64,000 bases of DNA from a virus, in the IMG/VR virus record IMGVR_UViG_3300031772_000016, positions 10,805-74,804 of that record; one strand, 5' to 3'. Below the pieces are notes generated by a model, which had not been told where the DNA came from, did no database searches, and saw nothing but the letters and a program-made list of their open reading frames with translations. Below are positions 1 to 9,116 of the stretch, one piece after another; the stretch's first letter is position 1, and every line of letters begins with the position of its first letter. Both the position numbers and the translations under genes were made by a program.

Positions 1-864
1 CCTAAGATCGGTGAGTATGCGATTAACTCGACATTTGGTGAAGATGTGAATACGGCCAATCCGGCAGCCGACGATCACAAGCGTGAAAGTACTGGTCACG
101 CTCCTCTCATCGACAAGCACGCTGCTGCTGAAGCTGTGGCGTCCGCCAGAGTGCTCGAAGCGAAGGCAGTAAAGTGTATCATCGCTGCTCAGCGTATCCT
201 CCCGGGTGCTGCTGAGGAGATGATTGAGAAGCAGGCTGCGATTTTCATGCATCTGCCTGAGGAAGGTCTGAACGCTACTCTGTCGAACCAGGAATCCCTC
301 GCAAAGATGATCTCCAAGCAGGCTTCTGAGACTTCTGAAGAGGCTAAAGCTGAGGGTGAAACTGTGAAGCAGGAAGAAGCTGAGAAGAAGTGCAATAAGG
401 AAGATGAGCAGAAGAAGGAAGCCGCTAAGAAGGTTATGGATGATAAGAAGAAGAAGCTTGAGGATCTGAAAAAGGAAGCAGCTGACCTCGAGACTGAGCT
501 TACCGCTGGTAAGAAAGATGAGAAGGTAGTAGAAGAAGAGGACAAGACTGCTGCTGTAAAGAAAGATGAGAAGGTAGTAGAAGAAGAGGACAAGACTGCT
601 GCCGTTAAGAAAGATGAGAAGGTAGTAGAAGAAGAGGATAAGACAGCTGCCGTTAAGAAAGATGAGAAGGTAGAAGAAGAGAAGGAAGAGGTTGAGGCTT
701 CTGACGGTACGCTCCTCGACCAGATCTTTGGTGAAGTGACTGCTTCCGAAAACAAGAAGGGCGCTGCAAAGCTCTCTGGTATGGTGAAGAAGCAGGCTTC
801 TGAGCAGGTCAGTGATCTGCAGGGTCTGTGGGCGACAGATCCTGACGTGAGCAACATGTTCTAA
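1..864 (+). CDS. Putative capsid scaffolding protein (5' truncated by window edge)
   Basis: Frame is open from base 1 (PKIGEYAINSTFGEDV...). K/E/A-rich coiled-coil composition; lies just upstream of the decoration and capsid genes. Confidence 0.6.
   Translation, partial: PKIGEYAINSTFGEDVNTANPAADDHKRESTGHAPLIDKHAAAEAVASARVLEAKAVKCIIAAQRILPGAAEEMIEKQAAIFMHLPEEGLNATLSNQESLAKMISKQASETSEEAKAEGETVKQEEAEKKCNKEDEQKKEAAKKVMDDKKKKLEDLKKEAADLETELTAGKKDEKVVEEEDKTAAVKKDEKVVEEEDKTAAVKKDEKVVEEEDKTAAVKKDEKVEEEKEEVEASDGTLLDQIFGEVTASENKKGAAKLSGMVKKQASEQVSDLQGLWATDPDVSNMF
511..681 (+). repeat. 48-bp in-frame tandem repeat, ~3.5 copies (KKDEKVVEEEDKTAAV)
   Basis: Near-identical units start at 511, 559, 607 and 655. 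Confidence 0.95.
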
Positions 865-870
865 TTGGCT

Positions 871-899
871 GGTGGAGAGAAATCTCCACCGTCTTTTTC
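871..899 (+). terminator. Intrinsic terminator-like hairpin
   Basis: GGTGGAGA-GAAA-TCTCCACC followed by GTCTTTTTC. Confidence 0.75.
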
Positions 900-971
900 T
901 AAATTGTTTTTTGGTCCAGTAACCCGCTCCATGGTGGAGATTGGGTAAGAAACATTCAAGGGAGGTTTAAC

Positions 972-1517
972 ATGATCGGTGAAGCAAGTGGTCTCGCTCC
1001 TGACAGAGGCCTAAACATCCTCTACCGCGTCTCGATGAACTCGTTGATGAATCTGACCGACACAGATCTGACCCAGAACAACTATTCGTCCGCTCAGCAG
1101 ACGGCCAATACCCGTTTGAGCGCGAATACTCCGAAGGGTCTCCTGGCTGGTTCGATCGTCAAGGCAGGTTCGGTTGCAGGTACCGTGGTCGCCTGCGATG
1201 CTACCAGCAACCCGCTCGGCGTCGTGATCAACAATGCAGTGGGATATCCGTTCGAGAGTTCGTCTGGCGTAGCCAGCGGAAAGTGCCCGTACCTCCATGG
1301 TTCTGGTACCGTGTTCTCGACAGATCTGTACGAGACGGCAGAAGTCGGCGGCGCAGCGCTTACCATCGCTTACGCAGCTGGTCTTCCTCTGTACAGCTCG
1401 GTCAACGGTCTGCTTACGACTGTTGCTGCTGGAACCGCTGTCTCAATTATCGTTGGTATCGTCCTAATCGCTCCGTCTGCTTCGGATCCGTTCATGGTAG
1501 TTCAGATGAGGATCTAA
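972..1517 (+). CDS. Putative head decoration/cement protein
   Basis: GGAGG RBS; small G/A/S/V-rich protein directly upstream of the major capsid gene. Confidence 0.6.
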   Translation: MIGEASGLAPDRGLNILYRVSMNSLMNLTDTDLTQNNYSSAQQTANTRLSANTPKGLLAGSIVKAGSVAGTVVACDATSNPLGVVINNAVGYPFESSSGVASGKCPYLHGSGTVFSTDLYETAEVGGAALTIAYAAGLPLYSSVNGLLTTVAAGTAVSIIVGIVLIAPSASDPFMVVQMRI

Positions 1518-1590
1518 ATAATGCTTGTGGGCGCTCAGATTGGAAATTCATCCGCTGAGTGCTCTTAGCAAAACCAATAGGAGGTTCTGT

Positions 1591-1682
1591 ATGGAAGGTC
1601 AGATTAGCAATGAACTGAAACAGCAGATCATTGGTGAGTACATCAAGACTGCTGCTGGCAGGCAGAAGCTTGCCGCGTCCAT
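1591..1682 (+). CDS. Major capsid protein, exon 1 (not in ORF track)
   Basis: AGGAGG RBS, then MEGQISNELKQQIIGEYIKTAAGRQKLAAS + AT. Joins in frame to exon 2 (AT|G = Met), giving a 293-aa product. Confidence 0.88.
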
Positions 1683-2727
1683 TAACTAAGCTGGATGGTG
1701 GACGTAAAATCCGGTAAATTGCTGGAAAATGCACTATAGGAGTTGATTGGCAATGAGTAGCTGGGCATCTAAATACATACAATGCGTTAAGTGCGGAACG
1801 GTGGACGTCCCGCATGAGGCTAAGGGTATGTGTACAAGGTGCTATGATAATTTACGGTATTGTAATGAAGTCAAAGCTGAAAGAAACTACACCTGTACTA
1901 ACTGTGGTAAGGTATTTTCTATTTCTCGTAGAGGAAAAAGGGCATATACTTTTTGTTCTCGATCTTGTAAGACCATTTTTCAAAGAGATGGTTTTAAAAG
2001 TAAAGAGGAAATTAGTGATGCTGTCCTTAACGTAATAAAATCAGAAAAAAGGTATCTTACCACAGAAGACGTTAGAAAGAAAGTAGGGGTTACTTCTCGA
2101 ACATTGGGTAGATTTGGTATATCTATTGTTGCTCTTAATGAGCAACTTGGATACAAATCTAAAAAAGTTTTCGAGGATCGTGTAGCTGTAATACTTTCTA
2201 AGGTGTATCCTGATTTGGTACGGGAGAAAAAATTTCCTGGATGTTTATCTCCTCGTGGTTTTTCTCTACGCTTTGATTTTTACAGTGAGGCTCAAAAAAT
2301 TCTGATTGAAGCTGATGGAATCCATCATTATTGTGGCCCCTATCATTCTGAAGAGATAGTTGTCAGAGATGGGATAAAAAATATGTGGGCTTCTGATAAT
2401 GGATTTCCTCTAATTAGAATACCGTATAAGAGATCTTTTTCAGATGATTATGTTTTAAGTTATCTCAACAAATGCCAATCTGATTCTATAGTGGACAATC
2501 AGCAGCCTAGCCTTGAGGGAAACCTCTCGGAAGGTTCAACGACTGAGGAAAGTCTAAACTCTTCTGTAGAAGAGCATGACGGTAACTCCTACTGCAGTCT
2601 GGCGACGGACTGCGGCATGCCGGAAACCAACGAACTTGTTGGTTGTGATACAGTCTGAACTCGTGGGTAACTACGAGAGGTAAGTTGAAAGACTTATCCG
2701 CTTCTGATAAGAAGTAGTAACAAATTG
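1683..2727 (+). mobile_element. Group I intron in the major capsid gene
   Basis: 5' exon ends in U. P1: exon GTCCAT pairs with IGS GTGGAC (1698-1703), U.G at the splice site. P10: GCTGGAT (1690-1696) pairs with 3' exon ATCCAGC. P AATTGCTGGA (1717), Q AATCAGCAG (2497), R GTTCAACGACT (2534), S GATACAGTCT (2647). P3: TCCGGT/GCCGGA. Terminal G at 2727. Confidence 0.93.
1747..2658 (+). CDS. Intron-encoded homing endonuclease (Zn-finger + PD-(D/E)XK Vsr/DUF559-like); start may be ATG 1753
   Basis: CxxC pairs at the N-terminus; LRFDFY...IEADGIHH...LIRIPY; AT-rich; located inside the intron. Confidence 0.8.
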   Translation: MAMSSWASKYIQCVKCGTVDVPHEAKGMCTRCYDNLRYCNEVKAERNYTCTNCGKVFSISRRGKRAYTFCSRSCKTIFQRDGFKSKEEISDAVLNVIKSEKRYLTTEDVRKKVGVTSRTLGRFGISIVALNEQLGYKSKKVFEDRVAVILSKVYPDLVREKKFPGCLSPRGFSLRFDFYSEAQKILIEADGIHHYCGPYHSEEIVVRDGIKNMWASDNGFPLIRIPYKRSFSDDYVLSYLNKCQSDSIVDNQQPSLEGNLSEGSTTEESLNSSVEEHDGNSYCSLATDCGMPETNELVGCDTV

Positions 2728-3517
2728 GATCCAGCCTCTACGCTCGCGTAGAGATTACACGTCCGTCGCACGTAAGGCGTTCCTCGTAGAGCAGCTGCCC
2801 GATGGCGCACTGCCCATCTACGATAAGGACCCCAACGTGACTGCGTTCGTGGTTGGCGAAGAGGGTGAGAACATCCTCGCGATCACCAAGCCCCGCCGTG
2901 TGATTTTCCCCCTGTTCGAGATCGCCTCGAACCCGGAGATCCCTCTCACACAGGTCAAAGAGCGTCGGTTCGACTTGATCGAGCGTGCTCAGGACCTTGC
3001 GAAGGCTCAGATCCAGGCTGCTGAGGATGCCCGTGCATTTGACGTCATGGACGCAGTTTCCCAGAATGGTTTCGACAACCTGGGTTCTGCTTACGTGAAC
3101 GCTCAGGTGAACGCGATTGCTCCTCTCACTCCTCCGAACCTGATCGATGCGTTTGCTCGTATCGAGACACACGATCTGAGAGTGGCTAGAGTGTTCATGA
3201 ATGCCCTTGATTTTGCTGACCTCAGAAAATGGGGACGGGACGTTTTTGACATCGAGAGCCAGGCTCAGATTCTCAAGACTGGTTTGATGGGCTCCGTGTG
3301 GGGCGCTCAGATCATCGTCTCGAGAAAGGTCACTCCGGGCTATGCGTACGTTTGCGCAGAGCCTGAGTTCTTCGGCAGGATTCCGGTGAGGACCGAACTA
3401 ACAGTACTCTCAGCAGACGATCCCAAGGCAAGAAGGATCGGATTTAGCGTCTTTGAAAATCTCGGGATCGGTTGCCACAATCCGTTGGCGATCACCAGAG
3501 TTAAGATTGCTCGCTAA
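2728..3517 (+). CDS. Major capsid protein, exon 2 (HK97-like fold likely)
   Basis: In frame with track ORF 2837..3517 and extends it upstream (IQPLRSRRDYTSVARKAFLVEQLPDGALPIYDKD...). Follows scaffold and decoration genes; strong terminator after it. Confidence 0.85.
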
Positions 3518-3540
3518 GTTTTAGCTAAGTCGTTGGTCTA

Positions 3541-3570
3541 AAGGCCGCCTATGAATAGGCGGCCTTTTTT
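3541..3570 (+). terminator. Intrinsic terminator
   Basis: AAGGCCGCCTAT-GA-ATAGGCGGCCTTTTTT. Confidence 0.9.
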
Positions 3571-3681
3571 ATGCTTGCACTGCGTATAAGTACCTATCTA
3601 TTTCTTGTTGATAGATTCCCATAAAATAGCCTGCCAACATGGGTAGCGATCTCTCATCAGCAAGGTTTTTTGCATTTTTAC

Positions 3682-3710
3682 TGGACTCTTGGAGGAAAGT
3701 ATAGTATATT
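3682..3710 (+). promoter_or_regulatory. Putative sigma70-type promoter
   Basis: TGGACT-17 bp-TATATT, 7 nt before ATG 3718. Confidence 0.5.
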
Positions 3711-3717
3711 ACGAGGT

Positions 3718-6330
3718 ATGAAAGAAACAATCGTGTCTTTAGATGAAGACAGCTTGAAAAAGTTGTACTGTGTATTTGGGCTAACTGCTAGGGAGATAGG
3801 CAATCTTGTGGGTCTTACAGAGAGTGCTATCTTACTTAGGCTAAAAAAGGTTAACCTAACACCAGGCTGTCGAGCTGTAAGAGATACAGTAGTCGAGATA
3901 GAGTACACTGGACAAAGATTTGATGCTAAAAATCTTTTGACCAAAGAAGCTTTAAATGATCTCGTAAAAAAAGGCATGTCCGACAAAGAAATAGGCTCTT
4001 TGTTTAACATGACTGGAGAGGGTGTCGCTTATAGAAGGAAACAATGGAGTTTATCTTCTGCCAAAGACAACTATAATTCTAGACGTTTGTTGGAGGCTGC
4101 TAGTAAAGAGTCGATAGAGGCAGACTACTATAGCATGACCGTTGACGAGTTTTCCGAAAAATATGCTGTTAGTAAAATAGTTTGGATACCTTATATAGAC
4201 AGCCTAGGGATTGCCAGAAAAAAGGATAAGAGAATAAGTGAGTATCCTGTTCTGACTCCTGAGCAGACTCGTCTAATAATTGGTGGGATGCTGGGTGATG
4301 GAGGTATAACAAACGACGGCAGGTACTATGAGTTTCATGCTAAAAAACAAGAGAATTATCTGAGAAAAAAACACAGAATCCTGGCACCATATAGCACGTC
4401 TATAACGCCACAGGATGATGGGTCTGGGTTCAGGTTTGACACTATATCTCACCCGGTATTTCATGAGTTTAGAAAACTTTTCTATAAAGAAGGGGTAAAA
4501 GGCAAGTTTATTCCAGTAGATTTTATTGTGAAAAATTGGAGTGATGATATTTTAGCCTATTGGTTTTTTGATGATGGCTATATCGATGATGTAACAGGCG
4601 ATATCTGCATCTCCAATTTTTGTCCTGATTTTGATAATTTACGATCTTTGGCCTCTTTTTTAGATGGGAAATATCAGTGGGGGTTTCATTGCGGTACGGC
4701 AGGGGATAGCATATACCGTGTCTCTGTTTCTAAAGGATATGCCCGTAATTTCGGTAATTTGTTGATAAAGTACGCTACACCCGACGTATACTATAAAGTG
4801 CCTGAAATTTCTTTAACTGTAGATCATGTGAGCGAGCTTACCCTTGAAGAATTCTCTGACATAAAGCCTAAATTTTACAGGCTGACAGATGATGTCCAAA
4901 AGATCTCTATAGAGAACATAGTGTTTGATTACTATAGAAAGAGAGGGTTTCCTTTTTCGACTCTATCTGTTGAACGACAAAATTACATTTTAAAATCATT
5001 TATGGAGGGGTCAGTATCTTGTTGCAACAACACGATATCATACAGCACGTCAGGGATGCCTCTTTGTGAGAAGTTTTTTCCAAATATATACAAAGCAAGC
5101 AGAAAAGGATATAAGGCACCTTTGGATTTGTGGGATGATGATAATTTCCTTAAATCTTTGATTCGTAATAGGCTCAGATACGCAGACAGACTGACAACCG
5201 CGGCTATGAGGACTGGCATAAAGCTGACAAAGGCATGTGTCTCCAATTTTAAGCCTACTATAGCTAAGTATGTGTACTCTAATTACTGTTCGAACGGTAG
5301 GGTTCTTGACTACGCTTGCGGTTTCGGGTCAAGGATGCTGGCAGCAATGTCATTAGGCTTGGAGTATGTTGGCTACGAACCTTCTGTGGACACCTATGAC
5401 AACCTTATGAAGTTTGGAGATTTTCTTAGCAGCAGAACCTCTGGTACTTTTAAGATCTTAAACGAGGGTAGTGAAACAGGAATATACAGGGAAGGTTATT
5501 TTAGTTTGGCGTTCTCATCCCCGCCTTATTTTGATTTTGAGTGCTATTCTAATGATCCAGGTCAAAGTGTGGTCAGATTCAGTACATTTGAAGCCTGGTT
5601 AGAGGGTTATTGGAAACAGACTATGATCAATTGCTATAGAGCATTGACACCTGATGGCTTTTTTGGTATGTGTTTCAGTACAAAGGTAGCTAAGGAGCAG
5701 ATTGCTTATACTTTGTCTCAGGCTACCGACATTGGCTACTATTATTGTGGAGGGTATAAGGTACCTTTTAAGCAAGTTTTCTCGGGAAGCGACTCTTATG
5801 AGGTTATTTTGATTTTTTCGAAAGTTCCGCCAAAAGAAACCCCTATAGATATAAACAGATTTATTCAAGAGGTACCCTACAAAAAAGAAAGCCTGTTTAG
5901 TGAGGTAAAACGTAATAAAAGAGAATCTAATACCGAGGCTATAAACGAGGCTGTAGTAAAATTCAAGGAGTTGTCCGCTGTTGTGGGTACATCACGGGAC
6001 ACCTACGATGACCCGAAGCTACTAGGTGTCCCAGCACATGTTTTAGAGCACCATTATGGTGGCTGGAACAGTTTCGTAATAGCTTGTGGAGTAGAGCCGG
6101 GGTACGTCGCAAAGAACCCCGTGGAGCATGTTAAAGAGTATCTGTTGGAGTGTTTGTCGTGTGGGGAGACTCTGTCTTTTTATGAGTATGAGAAGAGGAC
6201 GAAGATACCTGCTACGAGGCTCAAGAGAATTTTCAATGCGGGTAGACCGTACGCACATTTGAAAGAGCGACTTTTTTATGTAGCTCTTGACGTGTCTCTG
6301 CATGAAGAGTTTTTGAAGAATTTCGAATAG
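3718..6330 (+). CDS. HTH-LAGLIDADG endonuclease-DNA amino-methyltransferase fusion (copy 1)
   Basis: Repeated N-terminal HTH segments. LAGLIDADG motifs IIGGMLGDG and LAYWFFDDG. MTase motif I VLDYACGFGSR and motif IV SSPPY. C-terminal GGWNSFVIACG resembles an endonuclease-associated repeat. ATG 3718 preferred to the track TTG at 3670. Confidence 0.85.
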   Translation: MKETIVSLDEDSLKKLYCVFGLTAREIGNLVGLTESAILLRLKKVNLTPGCRAVRDTVVEIEYTGQRFDAKNLLTKEALNDLVKKGMSDKEIGSLFNMTGEGVAYRRKQWSLSSAKDNYNSRRLLEAASKESIEADYYSMTVDEFSEKYAVSKIVWIPYIDSLGIARKKDKRISEYPVLTPEQTRLIIGGMLGDGGITNDGRYYEFHAKKQENYLRKKHRILAPYSTSITPQDDGSGFRFDTISHPVFHEFRKLFYKEGVKGKFIPVDFIVKNWSDDILAYWFFDDGYIDDVTGDICISNFCPDFDNLRSLASFLDGKYQWGFHCGTAGDSIYRVSVSKGYARNFGNLLIKYATPDVYYKVPEISLTVDHVSELTLEEFSDIKPKFYRLTDDVQKISIENIVFDYYRKRGFPFSTLSVERQNYILKSFMEGSVSCCNNTISYSTSGMPLCEKFFPNIYKASRKGYKAPLDLWDDDNFLKSLIRNRLRYADRLTTAAMRTGIKLTKACVSNFKPTIAKYVYSNYCSNGRVLDYACGFGSRMLAAMSLGLEYVGYEPSVDTYDNLMKFGDFLSSRTSGTFKILNEGSETGIYREGYFSLAFSSPPYFDFECYSNDPGQSVVRFSTFEAWLEGYWKQTMINCYRALTPDGFFGMCFSTKVAKEQIAYTLSQATDIGYYYCGGYKVPFKQVFSGSDSYEVILIFSKVPPKETPIDINRFIQEVPYKKESLFSEVKRNKRESNTEAINEAVVKFKELSAVVGTSRDTYDDPKLLGVPAHVLEHHYGGWNSFVIACGVEPGYVAKNPVEHVKEYLLECLSCGETLSFYEYEKRTKIPATRLKRIFNAGRPYAHLKERLFYVALDVSLHEEFLKNFE

Positions 6331-6340
6331 GGTTTCTCAC

Positions 6341-6466
6341 ATGAACTATGAAAATATTGTTTTACAAAAGCAGAATGTAAAAGCTCTTGAGTTCTACAAA
6401 AGACAAGGCTATGTTGAGCAGGGTGAGAAAAACGACTGCGTAATTTTCAGTAAAAGGATTGTCTGA
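6341..6466 (+). pseudogene. 41-aa C-terminal fragment of a GNAT acetyltransferase
   Basis: MNYENIVLQKQNVKALEFYKRQGYVEQG... contains the GNAT N-x-x-A-x-x-F-Y-x-x-x-G-Y motif but no acetyl-CoA motif A. Confidence 0.5.
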
Positions 6467-7185
6467 TGATTTCTTTATCTACCTGGAATATGGACTATTG
6501 GAAGCACAGGACAAAGTTTCGAGAGTCCTGCGCATATTATTTAGAGGATATCGACTCTGACATCAAAATATTTCAAGAGGCACTACCTGATACCACTGTT
6601 TTCAAGAAGGAGAGTTTAGTGTGGCACGCTATAGGAGATAAAAGAACATGGGGATCTGGGATATACTGTGAAAAGTATCCTATACGAGAGTACCCTTTCA
6701 AAACGGATCTTTACGGCTCTGTCACTGCTGCAGAGATCAGTATAAAGCCTGATTTTAGTTTGGTTGTTGTGTCCCTCTATGGGATTTTAGAGTGTATAAA
6801 TGGGTCGTTTTACTCGATCTCTAATCTACATAGAATTTTTTCAGATTTGACAGGGACTATAGAAGGCGGCAAAACAAAAAAGAGAGTTGTTATCGCTGGA
6901 GATTTTAATGCCAGCCTGCAGTTTGATGAGAGGCAGCCTGTGAAGTCACACCAGGTGTTCTTCGATCGGTTGAGAGCTTGGGGACTGCACAACTGTTTTG
7001 ATGGGCACTACTCTAATTTCATTCAAACCTATAGAAACAAAAGGAGTAGCGTGCCGTGGCAGAGTGATTACATTTTTGTAAGTGGCTTTTTGGTACCTTT
7101 TTTGAAATCTTGTGTCGTGATAGAAAACGAGAAAGTTATGCGTATGTCTGATCACAACATAGTCCACATTGAAATAGACATCTAA
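6466..7185 (+). CDS. Endonuclease/exonuclease/phosphatase (ExoIII-like) family protein
   Basis: STWN, FQE, GDFN, DYIF and SDH motifs. Confidence 0.9.
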   Translation: MISLSTWNMDYWKHRTKFRESCAYYLEDIDSDIKIFQEALPDTTVFKKESLVWHAIGDKRTWGSGIYCEKYPIREYPFKTDLYGSVTAAEISIKPDFSLVVVSLYGILECINGSFYSISNLHRIFSDLTGTIEGGKTKKRVVIAGDFNASLQFDERQPVKSHQVFFDRLRAWGLHNCFDGHYSNFIQTYRNKRSSVPWQSDYIFVSGFLVPFLKSCVVIENEKVMRMSDHNIVHIEIDI

Positions 7186-7198
7186 AAGGAGACTCATT

Positions 7199-7492
7199 AT
7201 GACTCGCCCCAAGAAAGCCTGCGTAGAGATTCATCTCGGGTATTTTAAGCAAGGAGATGACCTTGCACACTGCCTTAAAGAAACTAAAACACCTAAGGCT
7301 GCTTTTAAGATGCACGCAGAAATTATGCGATCTGTAGCTGAGCATCTCGACAAAGTGGCTGCTTTGGTAGCAAAACATAAGGTAGAGGTGCAGGCAGACA
7401 CGCATATGATTCAAATTTGTTGTGACAAGAAAATGGCCAGCACTCTTATTAAGGCAGAGCTGGCTGATAAAGATCCTATGGAAGACGAGTAG
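7199..7492 (+). CDS. Hypothetical protein
   Basis: AGGAG RBS, 97 aa. Confidence 0.75.
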   Translation: MTRPKKACVEIHLGYFKQGDDLAHCLKETKTPKAAFKMHAEIMRSVAEHLDKVAALVAKHKVEVQADTHMIQICCDKKMASTLIKAELADKDPMEDE

Positions 7493-7503
7493 CCCGCCCC
7501 CGC

Positions 7504-7519
7504 TAATACTCTCCTAATA
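7504..7519 (+). promoter_or_regulatory. Putative late-promoter motif TAATAnTCTnnTAATA
   Basis: TAATACTCTCCTAATA; one of 11 copies upstream of + strand genes. Confidence 0.6.
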
Positions 7520-7563
7520 AAATCTCCGATAGATATAACTATATATCTACTGGAGATCCTCTC

Positions 7564-7749
7564 TTGAAGAAGTCCCTCGTCAGTCTCACTACTCGCCAGG
7601 ACACGATTCTTCGGTCATTATCTAAGGATCTGGAGATCTCATTGTCTGAATTGGTCCGTAGGGCTGTGGACAGGTATATAGATGACCTTGTGAAAAGCGG
7701 GGCTATAGAGAAGCGGCCTTCTGGTAGTGTTGGTTTGTTGAAGCTATAA
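7564..7749 (+). CDS. Ribbon-helix-helix (CopG-like) protein
   Basis: SLVSLT...ISLSELVRRAVDRY pattern; GGAG RBS; TTG start. Confidence 0.75.
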   Translation: MKKSLVSLTTRQDTILRSLSKDLEISLSELVRRAVDRYIDDLVKSGAIEKRPSGSVGLLKL

Positions 7750-7762
7750 TAGTCTTCTAATA
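7747..7762 (+). promoter_or_regulatory. Putative late-promoter motif
   Basis: TAATAGTCTTCTAATA. Confidence 0.6.
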
Positions 7763-7804
7763 ACAAAATGTAATTGTCTGTGCTATATCCATATAGAGTT
7801 TTTC

Positions 7805-8497
7805 ATGCTGACAACAACTAAGCTGCGGAAAATAGCTGCAGATGTCCGAGTCTACAGTGAGAAAGTAGACGTCATAGGTCATTTGAAGGACTCCTATGAT
7901 ATAGAGGTTGACCCTGATACGGACGATGAGTTTGTTAGTGTGTTGAGCGACAGCCTGGATAGATTGCCTGCTGATTTGGTGCGTGATTGTGGGATAAAGA
8001 CATTAGGTTTTGAGGATCTTGGTCCCTCCAAGGAGTACTACCCCAATCACGGTAAATACAAGGACAACACTCTTTACATCAATCATCAGATCATAGAAGA
8101 TCCTACGCTGATTGTAGACCCGGATAGCGGGTCATCTGTGAATAAGTTTGATCAGACACTGTACCATGAGTTGGGTCACGGGTGGGATGAGGTCAACGGC
8201 AGTAATGGTACAGAGCTGTCTCTGCAAAAAGATTGGTTGAGTTTGTCTAAGTGGTCGGAGAAACCTGTACCTGGGTACAAGCGTGTGATCATACAAGAGC
8301 CTGGATCCCCAGTTATGAAGGGGGAGTATTACTACTCTCCAGACGCGGGGTTTACACGGTTTTATGCACGCAGAAATCCATGGGATGATTTTGGGGACTC
8401 TTTCTCTTATTACGTGGCTGGCCTCAAGAGTTTTCTTCCTGCGAACAAAGTAGCCTATTTCGATAGCAAACTCGGAAAATATTTCAAAGGACGGTGA
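7805..8497 (+). CDS. Zincin-like metallopeptidase-domain protein
   Basis: TLYHELGH (HExxH) and a downstream NPWDDFGDSF motif. Confidence 0.65.
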   Translation: MLTTTKLRKIAADVRVYSEKVDVIGHLKDSYDIEVDPDTDDEFVSVLSDSLDRLPADLVRDCGIKTLGFEDLGPSKEYYPNHGKYKDNTLYINHQIIEDPTLIVDPDSGSSVNKFDQTLYHELGHGWDEVNGSNGTELSLQKDWLSLSKWSEKPVPGYKRVIIQEPGSPVMKGEYYYSPDAGFTRFYARRNPWDDFGDSFSYYVAGLKSFLPANKVAYFDSKLGKYFKGR

Positions 8498-8500
8498 CCG

Positions 8501-9091
8501 ATGGATAAAGATATCTCGTTGGCTTTGGAGAGTGTGTCCTCCGTTTTGAAGGACAGGGGTTTTGCTAAAGAGGCTGCTGTGGTGGAGGCTGTGAAGGCTG
8601 TGGAGTCTGTGGAGTCTGCGGACGCCCGCTTTACTCGGGACAGAGCGTATTTCCCTCCTCGGCCTAACATTTATCCGCAGGGCGTATCAGATTCTGCACC
8701 TAAAAACATAGGTGAGAGTTTAGAGCTTTACCCTTCCGGTAAGCATAAGAGTATCAAGTCTCTAGAGGAGATAAAAAGGAGCGTAAGAACTATGTCTCCT
8801 AAGGCGATTGAAGAAGAGTATAGATTGAACGATGATCCAGAAGTAAAGAAATTTCTTTTAAAGGTTTTAGGTGCTGATAAGTCTTTGTCGGACATAGGAG
8901 TCGTGACCCCAGAAAATATGAATCAGCAAATTAGATACAACACTAATCCAGGAGTTAGAGATCATTTTTTAGTTAGAAGACAGGTGATGCAGGATAAACT
9001 ATCGTCCCTCGGACAGTCTCTCACAGATCGTGGGTATGAGGCTCTCGGCAGACGTCTGTTCGAGGCCGCGGGTAGGCTGTATATAGCATAA
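8501..9091 (+). CDS. Hypothetical, possible internal head protein
   Basis: Similar helical motif at both ends (VSSVLKDRGF / LGQSLTDRGY) flanking an AT-richer core. Confidence 0.6.
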   Translation: MDKDISLALESVSSVLKDRGFAKEAAVVEAVKAVESVESADARFTRDRAYFPPRPNIYPQGVSDSAPKNIGESLELYPSGKHKSIKSLEEIKRSVRTMSPKAIEEEYRLNDDPEVKKFLLKVLGADKSLSDIGVVTPENMNQQIRYNTNPGVRDHFLVRRQVMQDKLSSLGQSLTDRGYEALGRRLFEAAGRLYIA

Positions 9092-9116
9092 CATCTCAAA
9101 CGAAGGGGGCCTTTGT

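Noticed and set aside
511-681. CRISPR-like array
   Set aside because: Repeats are contiguous, in frame and have no unique spacers.
3569-3676. 35-codon minus-strand ORF ending at the capsid terminator
   Set aside because: No RBS or recognisable motif.
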